Assembly: GCA_964016885.1 (NCBI GenBank)
Contig: OZ024742.1
Location: forward strand, 311,116,001 to 311,180,000
Source: Eledone cirrhosa
Taxonomy: Eukaryota
Direction: 5' to 3'
Length of the DNA: 64,000 bases
Position numbers and translations under genes: made by a program. The notes beneath the pieces were generated by a model that ran no database searches, was not told where the DNA came from, and worked only from the letters and a program-made list of their open reading frames with translations. Of this stretch, positions 40,601 through 55,600 are shown piece after piece (within the stretch, counting starts at the first letter, position 1; every line of letters starts with the position of its first letter).

Positions 40601-43600
40601 AATAGCGGCTCTACCAGGAGTGACTCTCTGATCTCTGAGCTACATACTCTATCGAGTAACGTTACTCCAAAGACCCTAGAGAAGAATCCCATTTTGGCAG
40701 CTTATATTCGCGATTGTATTCTTTCGGTCATTACCTAAGATTCATGACCGTAGGTAAGGGTTGGCACGAATACCAGGGTTTGCATATTTTTAAATATAAT
40801 TTTTGTTTTCTTTTTTTCTCTTAAAACACAAGAAAAGAAAATTGATATTTAAAAATCTGATTCTAAAGATGAACAAGTAAATTTCCAGCAAAAAATTCCA
40901 GAACCCAATTTCCATTCCCAGTTAAAGTCACTTCACTTCCCTTACATTGCTAACAGGCCCTAACATTTCTAACAACCACAGATTCCACTTCTCTTACATT
41001 ATTGACACCAATGCAATAATTTTCTCAATTATTATTTATATAGTGATTGACTATTATTATAATCATTGACATTGGGACAACTACATTTCAAATTTTTTTC
41101 ATGTTTCTTAAGTCAAACAGATATTCAGAAAAAGTAATGTTTAACAAAAATAAAATGTCAGTCTTAAAAATAATTACAATAAAAATAAGAATAAGAAAAT
41201 AAGCAAAACGTTAATACAATAAAATTAACATTGTATTTTTACCTTAGAGAGCTTGACAAAGCTATTATAATTCGCATTCTTGAGCCATTGCATAAGGTCA
41301 GCATAGGGGGTCAAATCTCGGTGGCTGGAATGATGTTGGGGAAGTTTCAATTCATTGGCAAAACGGCTGAGAGTCTCTCCCATTTCGTTCCCCTGCCAAG
41401 CAATCAAAGCAATGGGTACAAGTATCAAAAGAAGAGACCTAAGGTTAAGGAGGCCATATCATCATCATCATTATTTCATGTCCACTGTTCTATTTTAGAA
41501 TACAAAATCAAAATGTTTTATTTTGTCATTAGTAGGTCCAGTTCTCTGTTACTGACATATCTGATAGCTTTGTAAAGAGTTTGGTTACATATGTCTCAGT
41601 AGGTTGTGAGAGATGTAGTTTCTGATGGTGGTCTCAAGACTGAAATTCGAGTCAAACAATTCAATTCTTTTTCAATCCACAGAGAAATGTATAAATATGA
41701 CATGTTTACATACAAAAATGTGTATGATTACACACATATCATATTTTTATCACAGATTCAGTTCAATCTTGTACTGATTCCGTACAGATATAAATTTATA
41801 ATATATACATACACACACACATATACACACACATACACAAACACATATATATATATATCAACGTCCAATTCCTGGACTGGGTTGTGTGTTCTGTTCTTGA
41901 GCAAAACACTTCATTTGATGTTGCTCCAGTATACACAACTGAAAATTAGTACCAACAATAGCTGGGAGTTTAACCTTACGATTTACTGGCAGCCTGTCCA
42001 GGGGAGAGTATTGTACTCTCAGTCGCTTAATGTAATGGAAACTGGGATAAGCACTGACCTGATGAGCCTCTGGGCTTGAGACAGACTTTACACTTTTAGA
42101 CCTCATACACACATATACATACATATGCAGCTATATACATGTCATGTGTGTGTGTATATATATATATGTGTGTGTGTGTGTCCATATTAAGTACTCACAC
42201 ATAAAAATCATCAAAAGGAAGACAAACCTGGTGTATGAAGAGATTGTTAAGGTGGTGAATGAGCCTTTTTGCAAATTGGTTGGTAAATTTCTCAAATCTC
42301 TCCTGTTGCTCAACGACAGCCTTCATCTTTTGAAGGGCTGCAATACAAATAACAACAATAATTTCTTTATGTTGGAGCATGTTAATCTCTCCATCTTTCT
42401 ATCATTCTACCTATCTTTCATCTAAATTTCCTGAAAGATGGGTGAATGTTGTGAAAATGGCTCAAGTAAATGGGCCTACTCTGTACATAAACCTGTAGGT
42501 TGAGGAGGACAAGAGAGAGAAGACAGGCACTCTTGCAAAACATGCTCCTGGTGTTGAGGGTTGTTCTATCTACGGGGTGTAAAACAATGCAGTTGTAACA
42601 TTCCCCTCTATTGGGGATTTCAATTGTTTATTATTTATTTTATAATTGTTAAAACTGTTTACACATTTAAATGTAAAACCCCTGCCGTACGTCCTGTAAT
42701 GTCCCATTTCTTGTGCACCCTTGTGGCAAATAAAGAAGTCTATCTATCATCTACTTTTATTTATTAACAAATTTATTTTTAGATATTTTCTGCTAAATCA
42801 TTACAGAATGTTAAGAGTTTAAAAAAAACACAAATACAAAAATAACAGTAGCCCAAACTACTAAACAATAAGAAAATAGATCAGTGCATGGTGTGATTTA
42901 CCTGGATGTATATTTGCATGCACACACTTTTGAAGAGCTTCTGCAGCAGCAGTGCACTCATATATTCCACTGGGTGTCACCAGATCTCCATCCATTAGGG
43001 CTCGGGTGTGCTTGATGTCAAGGTCTAGGGTACTCTAATAACGAAGACAGAAAGGTAGGTGTCGAACACATCTGCTCAGTTGACATAACATAGCAAGAGA
43101 GAAAGAAACAATGTGCACAAACACAGATACACACACGCATACACAGACATGCATATGCATACAGAGAAAGAGAGACACACACACAAACATGCAGACACAC
43201 AAACACACACAAAAACACCCAAACAAAGAGAGAAACACACAAACAACACTTTTCACAATTAAATATTATATTATAAATAATCTGTCCCTGCTTAACCCTT
43301 TAGCATTTAAACTGGCCATATCTGGCCAGAATTCTCACCTCTTTCTGTTCAAACTGGTTGTAACCAGCCGCTCATACATAATATCAAAATCTCATAGCTT
43401 CGATATTATGTGAGATAATTAAGTGTTTACTGTGAAAATACAATAGTAAATATAGACTAATGTAAATACTAAAGGGTTAAACATTATATTATAAATAATC
43501 TGCCCCTACATAAGGGATATGGCCTAATTGTTAGGTGCTGAGTAGTGTGTTGTGTCCTTGAGCAAAACACTTCATGTTACTCTAGTCATCTCAGCTGAAA

Positions 43601-46600
43601 ATGAGTACCAGCAAAAGTGACAGGGGCAAGGACAACCCTACAATGGACTGTCATCCTATCTAGAGGGCAGTCATGTACTCACAGTCACTTAACGCTGATG
43701 AAGCCAGGAAAAAACTCTGGCCTGATGAGCTTCCGGACTTGGGACAGACTTTAATTTTTTTAACCATGTTAAGGTGGAAAAATGGATTCAAAGAGAGAGG
43801 AAAAATCTAATAAAGAATGAAAATAACTGTAATCTTTTACTTACAACCAATGTATCGAGTTCATGTAAGAGTTTCTCATAGTTTCTGTTTCGCAATGTGA
43901 TAAGAATGTCTTTATCCTTCATTACTTCCATCTGATCTTTTACATTCTGTGGCAAGATAAAATTAATATAACAATAGTTTGGAGTGAGCTTCACACATTT
44001 TCATTCATAACCTATGCACACAGACAACACCACACACATATATGAACATTTAGGATAAATTCAATGCAGATATAACCAAAGTTTTTTAATTAGAAGTTGC
44101 TGCAAAAAAAATTGAAGTGTAAACACACTTTCTAGTATTTGCTCTGTACACAGAAAAATATAAGAATTTACTTTTATGCATACCAGAGATTATTGTCTCC
44201 TCACAAGAAAATAACTACCCCTATGGTTCTACCTAGAGCATGGTTATAGTGGTTGCTATTTAGGTCAAGCATAATGTAGAATAAAACTTAAATGGACATT
44301 CTAATTGGCAGGATGTGTATTCGTTTGACAACATAATTAATTAAATTAAATAATAAATATATATGATAGAACAGAGATTTAAGATAAATCAAATAAAGAT
44401 GCAATTGCAATTTTTTTATGTAGAAGCCTCGCTGTGAAAAGACTGAAAAGTAAACACTTTCTAGTGTTTCCTTTGTACTGGAGATTATCCATACATGTTT
44501 CAGAGATTATTGTCACCTATGACACACACCATACTAATGTAACCCTCTATAGCACACACCATACTAATGTAACCCTCTATAGCACACACCATACTAATGT
44601 AACCCTCTACAGTACACACCATACTAATGTAACCCTCTATAGCACACACCATACGAATGTAACCCTCTACAGTACACACCATACTAATGTAACCCTTTAC
44701 AGTACACACCATACTAATGTAACCCTCTATAGCACACACCATACTAATGTAACCCTCTATAGCACACACCATACTAATGTAACCCTCTACAGTACACACC
44801 ATACTAATGTAACCCTCTACAGTACACACCATACTAATGTAACCCTCTACAGTACACACCATACTAATGTAACCCTCAATAGCACACACCATACTAATGT
44901 AACCCTCTACAGTACACACCATACTAATGTAACCCTCTACAGTACACACCATACTAATGTAACCCTTTACAGTACACACCATACTAATGTAACCCTCTAT
45001 AGCACACACCATACTAATGTAACCCTCTATAGCACACACCATACTAATGTAACCCTCTACAGTACACACCATACTAATGTAACCCTCTACAGTACACACC
45101 ATACTAATGTAACCCTCTACAGTACACACCATACTAATGTAACCCTCTATAGCACACACCATACTAATGTAACCCTCTATAGCACACACCATACTAATGT
45201 AACCCTTTACAGTACACACCATACTAATGTAACCCTCTACAGTACACACCATACTAATGTAACCCTCAATAGCACACACCATACTAATGTAACCCTCTAT
45301 AGCACACACCATACTAATGTAACCCTCTACAGTACACACCATACTAATGTAACCCTCTACAGTACACACCATACTAATGTAACCCTCTACAGTACACACC
45401 ATACTAATGTAACCCTCTATAGCACACACCATACTAATGTAACCCTCTACAGTACACACCATACTAATGTAACCCTTTACAGTACACACCATACTAATGT
45501 AACCCTCTACAGTACACACCATACTAATGTAACCCTCTATAGCACACACCATACTAATGTAACCCTCTACAGTACACACCATACTAATGTAACCCTCTAC
45601 AGTACACACCATACTAATGTAACCCTCTACAGTACACACCATACTAATGTAACCCTCTACAGTACACACCATACTAATGTAACCCTTTACAGTACACACC
45701 ATACTAATGTAACCCTCTACAGTACACACCATACTAATGTAACCCTCTATAGCACACACCATACTAATGTAACCCTCTATAGCACACACCATACTAATGT
45801 AACCCTCTACAGTACACACCATACTAATGTAACCCTCTATAGTACACACCATACTAATGTAACCCTCTACAGTACACACCATACTAATGTAACCCTCTAC
45901 AGTACACACCATACTAATGTAACCCTCTACAGTACAAACCATACTAATGTAACCCTCTATAGCACACACCATACTAATGTAACCCTCTACAGTACACACC
46001 ATACTAATGTAACCCTTTACAGTACACACCATACTAATGTAACCCTCTACAGTACACACCATACTAATGTAACCCTCTACAGTACACACCATACTAATGT
46101 AACCCTTTACAGTACACACCATACTAATGTAACCCTCTACAGTACACACCATACTAATGTAACCCTTTACAGTACACACCATACTAATGTAACCCTCTAC
46201 AGTACACACCATACAAATGTAACCCTCTACAGTACACACCATACTAATGTAACCCTTTACAGTACACACCATACTAATATAACCCTCTACAGTACACACC
46301 ATACTAATGTAACCCTCTATAGTACACACCATACTAATGTAACCCTCTATAGCACACACCATACTAATGTAACCCTCTATAGTACACACCATACTAATGT
46401 AACCCTCTATAGCACACACCATACTAATGTAACCCTCTACAGTACACACCATACTAATGTAACCCTCTACAGTACACACCATACTAATGTAACCCTCTAC
46501 AGTACACACCATACTAATGTAACCCTCTATAGCACACACCATACTAATGTAACCCTCTACAGTACACACCATACTAATGTAACCCTCTATAGCACACACC

Positions 46601-49600
46601 ATACTAATGTAACCCTCTACAGTACACACCATACTAATGTAACCCTCTACAGTACACACCATACTAATGTAACCCTCTATAGCACACACCATACTAATGT
46701 AACCCTCTACAGTACACACCATACTAATGTAACCCTCTATAGCACACACCATACTAATGTAACCCTCTACAGTACACACCATACTAATGTAACCCTCTAC
46801 AGTACACACCATACTAATGTAACCCTCTATAGCACACACCATACTAATGTAACCCTCTATAGCACACACCATACTAATGTAACCCTCTACAGTACACACC
46901 ATACTAATGTAACCCTCTATAACACACACCATACTAATGTAACCCTCTACAGTACACACCATACTAATGTAACCCTCTACAGCACACACCATACTAATGT
47001 AACCCTCTATAGCACACACCATACTAATGTAACCCTCTACAGTACACACCATACTAATGTAACCCTCTACAGTACACACCATACTAATGTAACCCTCTAT
47101 AGCACACACCATACTAATGTAACCCTCTATAGCACACACCATACTAATGTAACCCTCTACAGTACACACCATACTAATGTAACCCTCTACAGTACACACC
47201 ATACTAATGTAACCCTCTATAGCACACACCATACTAATGTAACCCTCTATAGCACACACCATACTAATGTAACCCTCTATAGCACACACCATACTAATGT
47301 AACCCTCTACAGTACACACCATACTAATGTAACCCTCTACAGTTCACACCATACTAATGTAACCCTCTATAGCACACACCATACTAATGTAACCCTCTAT
47401 AGCACACACCATACTAATGTAACCCTCTACAGTACACACCATACTAATGTAACCCTCTACAGTACATACCATACTAATGTAACCCTTTACAGTACACACC
47501 ATACTAATGTAACCCTCTATAGTACACACCATACTAATGTAACCCTCTACAGTACACACCATACTAATGTAACCCTCTACAGTACACACCATACTAATGT
47601 AACCCTCTATAGCACACACCATACTAATGTAACCCTCTACAGTACACACCATACTAATGTAACCCTTTACAGTACACACCATACTAATGTAACCCTCTAC
47701 AGTACACACCATACTAATGTAACCCTCTATAGTACACACCATACTAATGTAACCCTCTATAGCACACACCATACTAATGTAACCCTTTACAGTACACACC
47801 ATACTAATGTAACCCTCTACAGTACACACCATACTAATGTAACCCTCTACAGTACACACCATACTAATGTAACCCTCTATAGTACACACCATACTAATGT
47901 AACCCTCTATAGCACACACCATACTAATGTAACCCTCTACAGTACACACCATACTAATGTAACCCTCTATAGTACATACCATACTAATGTAACCCTCTAC
48001 AGTACACACCATACTAATGTAACCCTCTACAGTACATACCATACTAATGTAACCCTTTACAGTACACACCATACTAATGTAACCCTCTATAGTACACACC
48101 ATACTAATGTAACCCTCTATAGCACACACCATACTAATGTAACCCTCTATAGCACACACCATACTAATGTAACCCTCTATAGCACACACCATACTAATGT
48201 AACCCTCTACAGTACACACCATACTAATGTAACCCTCTACAGTACACACCATACTAATGTAACCCTCTATAGCACACACCATACTAATGTAACCCTCTAT
48301 AGCACACACCATACTAATGTAACCCTCTACAGTACACACCATACTAATGTAACCCTCTACAGTACATACCATACTAATGTAACCCTTTACAGTACACACC
48401 ATACTAATGTAACCCTCTATAGTACACACCATACTAATGTAACCCTCTACAGTACACACCATACTAATGTAACCCTCTACAGTACACACCATACTAATGT
48501 AACCCTCTATAGCACACACCATACTAATGTAACCCTCTACAGTACACACCATACTAATGTAACCCTTTACAGTACACACCATACTAATGTAACCCTCTAC
48601 AGTACACACCATACTAATGTAACCCTCTATAGTACACACCATACTAATGTAACCCTCTATAGCACACACCATACTAATGTAACCCTTTACAGTACACACC
48701 ATACTAATGTAACCCTCTACAGTACACACCATACTAATGTAACCCTCTACAGTACACACCATACTAATGTAACCCTCTATAGCACACACCATACTAATGT
48801 AACCCTCTACAGTACACACCATACTAATGTAACCCTCTATAGTACATACCATACTAATGTAACCCTCTACAGTACACACCATACTAATGTAACCCTCTAC
48901 AGTACATACCATACTAATGTAACCCTTTACAGTACACACCATACTAATGTAACCCTCTATAGTACACACCATACTAATGTAACCCTCTATAGCACACACC
49001 ATACTAATGTAACCCTCTATAGCACACACCATACTAATGTAACCCTCTACAGTACACACCATACTAATGTAACCCTCTATAGCACACACCATACTAATGT
49101 AACCCTCTATAGCACACACCATACTAATGTAACCCTCTACAGTACACACCATACTAATGTAACCCTCTATAGCACACACCATACTAATGTAACCCTCTAT
49201 AGTACACACCATACTAATGTAACCCTCTACAGTACACACCATACTAATGTAACCCTCTATAGCACACACCATACTAATATAACCCTCTATAGCACACACC
49301 ATACTAATGTAACCCTCTACAGTACACACCATACTAATGTAACCCTCTATAGCACACACCATACTAATGTAACCCTCTACAGTACACACCATACTAATGT
49401 AACCCTCTATAGCACACACCATACTAATGTAACCCTCTATAGCACACACCATACTAATGTAACCCTCTACAGTACACACCATACTAATGTAATTCTCTAT
49501 AGCACACACCATACTAATGTAACCCCTCTACAGTTCACACCATACTAATGTAACCCCTCTATAGCACACACCATACTAAAATGATCCCTAGGGTGGCCCT

Positions 49601-52600
49601 TATTTTTCAACTTTCTAAACGTTTAGCTCTCACCCTCTTATCTTGTTCCAATTAACAAAAAAACAATCTTTGCAAAACTTTAGCTCAAGCGGACAACTGC
49701 AAGGCGACCCTCATCGACCGTGAAATTTTTAAATTTCCGCCCGGAGTCATTTTTCCAGATAAAATTCTTTTATCTCTTATATAGTTTTCTCTTAAATTAA
49801 AAACTTGTTCAGACTTATTCTTGGTATTAGAAGGATAAGTAAGTGACAATAAAAATAAAGGGGAAGACAACTTGCAAAGCTAGGGACAGAGCGTAAACAC
49901 CTATTTTTTGCTGTGGGAGCAACAAAATTTTAACTTTCGGAAAATTACCTATTGCTAAGGGCCACCCTAATATACATTATATACATGGTTGACAGCTGAG
50001 AGAAATGAGTACTCAGTATTGAGTAATATATATATATATATATATATACATATGTCATCATCATCATCATCATCATCACCGTTTTACGTCCGTTCTTCCA
50101 CGCTAGCATGGGTTAGACGGGTTGTCCTGTTGTGAGCAGTGTCTGGTCGGCTGACCATGCCTTGCTCATACAGGAACTGATTTAGCTTGATTTCTACAGC
50201 TGGATGCCCTTCCTAACACCAACCTCATTTACAGTGAGTGCTGGGTGCTTTTCCGTGGCGCCTACACGTCCACTTTACAGTGTGGGCTGGGTGCTTTTTT
50301 GCCGTGGCACCTCCACGACCACCTTGCAGTGGGAGGGTGTGGGGGCATATTGTCTATATGCTTCAGCTTGTACCCATGGGAGGTTGGGTACTCTGTATTA
50401 CTGCGTGACGCCAGAGGTCACGGTCGTGTGTCATCGCCTTTGAGAGGTGTAATTGGGTAAGGTCAGCTTTTATCACCTCATCCCAGGTCATCTTGGGTCT
50501 CCCCACTCCGCGGTTTCCATCGACTTCTAGTGCTCTGCACCTTTTTATGCAGCTGTCATCCTTCATACGCATCACATGTCCATACCAACGCAACCGCCTC
50601 TCCTACACACAGCATTCCTCTTATACTCAGTCTCTCTCTCAATTCATTTATGCTCTGTCGTTCGCGTATATTACTATTACACATCCATCGGAGCATGCAA
50701 GCTTCGTTTCTCTCTAATCTACTTAAGTCTTCCCCCTTCAGCGCCCTGTCTCACTACCATGTAACATTGCTGTTCGGATACAATATATATATATACTCTC
50801 CTTACTATCCTTGCTTTCATATTTCTCCTTGCTCTCCTTTTCTCATTGTATTTGTATATAAACAAGTACATAGATACAAGGAGAAAGGGAGAGCAAGGAG
50901 AAAAGGGGAGTAAGGAGAAAAGGAGAGCAAGTAGAGCAATGAGAAAAAGAGAGCAAGGAGAAAAGAAGGGTAAGGAGAGCAATGAAGAAAAGAGAGCAAG
51001 GAGAGCAATGAGGCAAGGAGAGGAAGGAGAGCAAGGAGAGAAAGGAGAGCAATGAGAAAAAGAGAGCAAGGAGAAAGGAGGGCAAAGAGAGCAATGAGGC
51101 AATGAGAGCAAGGAGAGGAAGGAGAGCAATGAGAAAAGGAGAGCAATGAGAAAAGGAGAGCGATGAGAAAAGGAGAGCAATGAGAATGGGAGAGCAATGA
51201 GAATGGGAGAGCACGGAGAAAAGGAGAGCAGTGAGAAAAGGAGAGCAGTGAGAAAGGGAGAGCAGTGAAAAGGGAGAGCAGTGAGAAAAGGAGAGCAATG
51301 AGAGCAAGGAGAGCAATGAGAGCAAGGAGAGCAATGAGAGCAAGGAGAGCAATGAGAGCAAGGAGAGCAATGAGACCAAGGAGAGCAATGTTAAAAGGAG
51401 AGCAAGGAGAACAATGAGCAAAGAGAGCAAAGAGAAAAGGAGAGCAAAGAGAAAAGGAGAGCAAAGAGAAAAGGAGAGCAAAGAGAAAAGGAGAGCAAGG
51501 AGTGGAAGGATAAAAGGAGAGCAAGGAGTGGAAGGATAAAAGGAGAGCAAGGAGTGGAAGGATAAAAGGAGAGCAAGGAGAAAAGGAGAGCAAGGGAAGC
51601 AATGAGAAAAGGAGAGTAAGGGAAGCAATGAGAAAAGGAGAGCAAAGAGAGTAAGGAGAGGTTAAGGCAAATATTGCTTAAGTTATGCTGGAAGCCGACA
51701 AAGTTGAAAAAAATCAACTGAAGAGGTACATTCTGCACCAAAATGACTTTTCTTCCTTTACAAACATCGAGTTTTCATCTTTTGTAACTCCTGGGACAAA
51801 AACATTCTTCACGAGATTTTCTATCAGCACCAATTTCCTCAACAAAGGCTCTTCAACATGGAAGGATGATCCTGGTTACAAAAGTGGACTTGAAAGACTT
51901 GAGAAGATGGTTTGAGGGTCGCCTAATAGTTGTCTGATTGAGCTGAGATTTTGCACACTCCGTTTGTATGTTGTTTGAAACAGGATTAGGGCATGGGAGC
52001 AGCAAAATTTTAACTTTCGGAAAATTACCTATACTACAATACTCACTACACTTCATTTTAACATGAAATATATTTTAATAAGAAAGATATCCCAAAAGAG
52101 AGAAAACAAATAAGCCCAACACTTACTTTAAGTATAGCATCATAACCATTGAGTTTAGCTTCAATATCAGAAGCTTGCTGGATTCCATCATCAAGTAGAC
52201 GCATCAGATTGAGAACTTGATCTTCAGAGCCCATGATGGAATGGATGTTGGCCTAGAAATGGGAGTAATGTATCAAAGTTATACGGCATCCTTGACATAA
52301 ATATTAACTTCCAAATGTTACTTAAAAAAAGACAAGTTCAAGAACAATTGAGAAATAGAGTGGAGAAAGAGGGTGTTAGTGTAAGAGAGAGAGGGGGTAA
52401 AAAAGAGATAGGGAGGGAGAGAGAGAAAGACAGTGAGAGGGAAAGACTGATACTAGAATTTACAAGAAAATGATGATGATTTGGAGGAAGGAGTTGTGCC
52501 CCTGGCATGTGGAGGCACTTCAAGACTGGTGAGATTGACACAGTTAATAACTGGGCATTGATAGCAACAAGAACAACAAGAACAGTGAGAGAATTCCAGA

Positions 52601-55600
52601 GGAGTGAAGTTTTGGGGAGTAAAGAGAAGACATAGTATTTAATGAAGGGTTCGGCAGCATGGACACAATATGAGTGACAAGAGAAGGAAAGATGAGTGAG
52701 TCATAAGTGACTGTTTATTAGTGGTATGACATCAGTCATCTCCAAAGAGTATAAGTCTAACATCTAAAGTCTGTCTCGGTCTCATCAGGCCGGTGCTTAT
52801 CTCGGTTTTCGTGGCGTGAAGCAACTAAGAGCCCATCGTTGGGTTAAACCCCCAACTATTGCTGGTACTCATTTTCAGTTGAGTATACTGGAGCAACGTG
52901 AAATGAAGTGTTTTGCTCAAGATCACAACACGCAACCCAGTCCAAGAATCGAACCTACAACATTATGATCATAAGTTCAACATCCTTACCACTAGGCCGC
53001 ACACCTCCACTCCAAAGAGTATAATAGCAGTAGAAATGGTAGAGAGAGAACACAACATCATCATCGTAGAATAAAGGTTGAAATGTGTTGATGAGGAACT
53101 TTATGCCAATTAGTTGAGTGGCTTTTCTTTAGATGTTGTCTATGGTATTTTGGGGTGCAGTAGCAGCACAGTTCCAGATAAGAAAACAGTACTCCACTGT
53201 AGGCCTCACTTAAGTTTTGTAGAGGGTTATTAGTTGTTAGGAGCTGAATCTGACAAGAAGCCACCAATACAAAAGATAAGGGACAAGTGGAACCCAGTAG
53301 GTGTACTTTCTGGGGTGAATTAGATGTAATATCAGGGGTGAGGTAGATGTACTATTAGGGGTGAGGTAGATGTAATAGCAGATGTCAATGTGCGTGAACG
53401 ACCAAGCATAGACGAGTTGAGAGAGAAACTGTGTACAAGAGGGATAGGCTGTAATATGCGGGAGAGAGGACTGCGTTGGTATGGACATGTGATGCACATG
53501 GAGGATGACTGCTGGGTAAAGAAGTGCCAAGAAATCCCAGTAGAGGAAAACAGTCGAGGAAGACCACAAAAAACATGGCAGAGGTGGTGAGAGCGGACCT
53601 CAGATCACTGAAGCTCATGGATTTGACAAAGGACTGTGACGAATGGAGAGATGCCGTGCTGAATAGGATCCATCCCACCTTTGCAAGCAGGGAAAAGTGG
53701 ACATAAAATGATATGATGATGATATCAGGGATGAAGTTGATGTACTATCAGAGCGGCCATCATGACATATGGCGCGTCTTGAACACTTTTAAAACCCGAC
53801 GGATCCCATTCCATCTCCAGGTCTTAACACAGTCGATTTCTCTTAGACAAAGAGAGAGGGAGATAAAGAAGAGAAGTAAGAAAGAGATAGTGGAAGAATC
53901 GACCCCAGAAGAATGAAAGGCAAAGTTGACCTCAGCAGGATTTCAACTCAGAGCACAGAGAGATGTAAATACTGCAAAGCATTCTGTCTGATGTTCAAAC
54001 AACTCTGTCAATCCACAATTTATAGTCATTAGATGAAAGTGATAGGTATTTTGATGACAATCACATCATCATCATCGTTTAACGTCCATTTTCCATGCTA
54101 GCATGGGTTAGATGGGCTATCCCATTAGAGGCAAGTTGAATCAGGTGACCGTGTCTTGCTCATAATTCTTGAAAAGCTGCCGAGGAAAGAGAAAGATATT
54201 CTGATGAAACTCACACCATCCAACATCGACAGCTGCTTGGAGAGTTGCTCGGAAAAGGCTTCTGCATTACTGATGGCCATTTGACATTCAGACATGAGGA
54301 GTTCAAGATCAGCTTCTTCTTTGCTGGAGAGGGCCTGGTAATCTTCATCAACCATAGCAATGTCATCAGTACCAGCAGCTATCTGACTCTGTCCTGATGG
54401 ACGGGGTACTTCTGTTAGATAAAGAAATTACAAAGAAGTCTAAATATTTTGGCAATAACCCTTTAGCATTTAAAACGGCCCTATCCGGCCAGAATTCTCT
54501 CACCTCTTTCTGTTCAAACCAGCTGTAACCAGCCGCTCATACCAATGTTAAGGCATTATTCTCAAAATAAATAATATCAATATCTCATAGATTCGATATT
54601 ATGTGAGATAATTATGTAAGATAAAGCCTTTACCATGAGAATATAATAGTAAATATAGAGTAATGTAAATGCTAAAGGATTAAACTTTATAGAAACACTT
54701 TACCAAGTACAAAGTGTTCCATTGTTTCAATTGACAGAATAGCTTGCTTCTGAAATTAACATACAAGTGGCTAAGTATTCCACAGATACATGTACCCTTA
54801 ACAGATCCAGCATTGTTACACAGGGTGTAACTGGCCCCTTTCAATTACAAGTACAACTAATTTTTGCAAGGTGAGTGGACCAGAACAAAGTGAAAAAAAT
54901 TATTTTGTTCAAGGACACAATGCGCTGCCAAAAACATGAGTGACCTTAGAAGCCATGTGCCTTCATAAGACATTAATAGTATAACAATGAAGTACATTTA
55001 ATTATCCAGCCTACCTTCCAACAATGTCTTTGGAATGTTCAGGAAATCAGCTTTCTGTACATGGTATCTTTGACTTAACTGAAAACAAAATAGCATTATA
55101 AATTTGTCAATTTACAACTAACAAAACAACAAGAAAATTTATTGGTAAAGAATTTTATTTTAGAGGAGCTGCCAATTTTTCCTTATTGCTAATTTTTTTT
55201 TTTTTGCCATACCACTAGTAACTTTATTTCCTATATTTCTATATATGCAATGTTTCAGTTGCTATATATTCTTGATAGCCATCAGATGTCCTATTCTACC
55301 TACCTATCTCTCTCGCTCTCTCTCTCTCTATATATATATATATAATGGAGGCATATGGCTTAGTGGTTAGAGCATTGGGCTTGCAATCGAAAGGTTGTGA
55401 GTTCAATTCTCAGACCGAGTGATGTGTTGTTTCCTTGAGCAAGACGCTTTATTTCACATTGCTCCAGTTTACTCAGCTGTAGAAATGAAATGATTGGACT
55501 GGGGTTCCTATCATTCCACTGCAAAGTGGTCGTGGAGGTGCCACGGCAAAAAAGCACCCAACCAACACTGTAAAGTGGACGTGTAGGCGCCACGGAAAAA

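Noticed and set aside
44500-49512. Minus-strand ORFs ([10 protein letters not shown])n of 940 and 722 aa
   Set aside because: They lie inside EXOC1 intron 6, are broken by a stop, and the common unit variants are non-synonymous in this frame.
44520-49578. CRISPR array or telomeric array (30-bp period; contains TAACCC)
   Set aside because: There are no unique spacers, the context is eukaryotic, and TAACCC occurs once per unit rather than in tandem.
50719-51741. Leu/Ser-rich hydrophobic ORFs resembling membrane proteins
   Set aside because: They are the reverse translation of a purine minisatellite.
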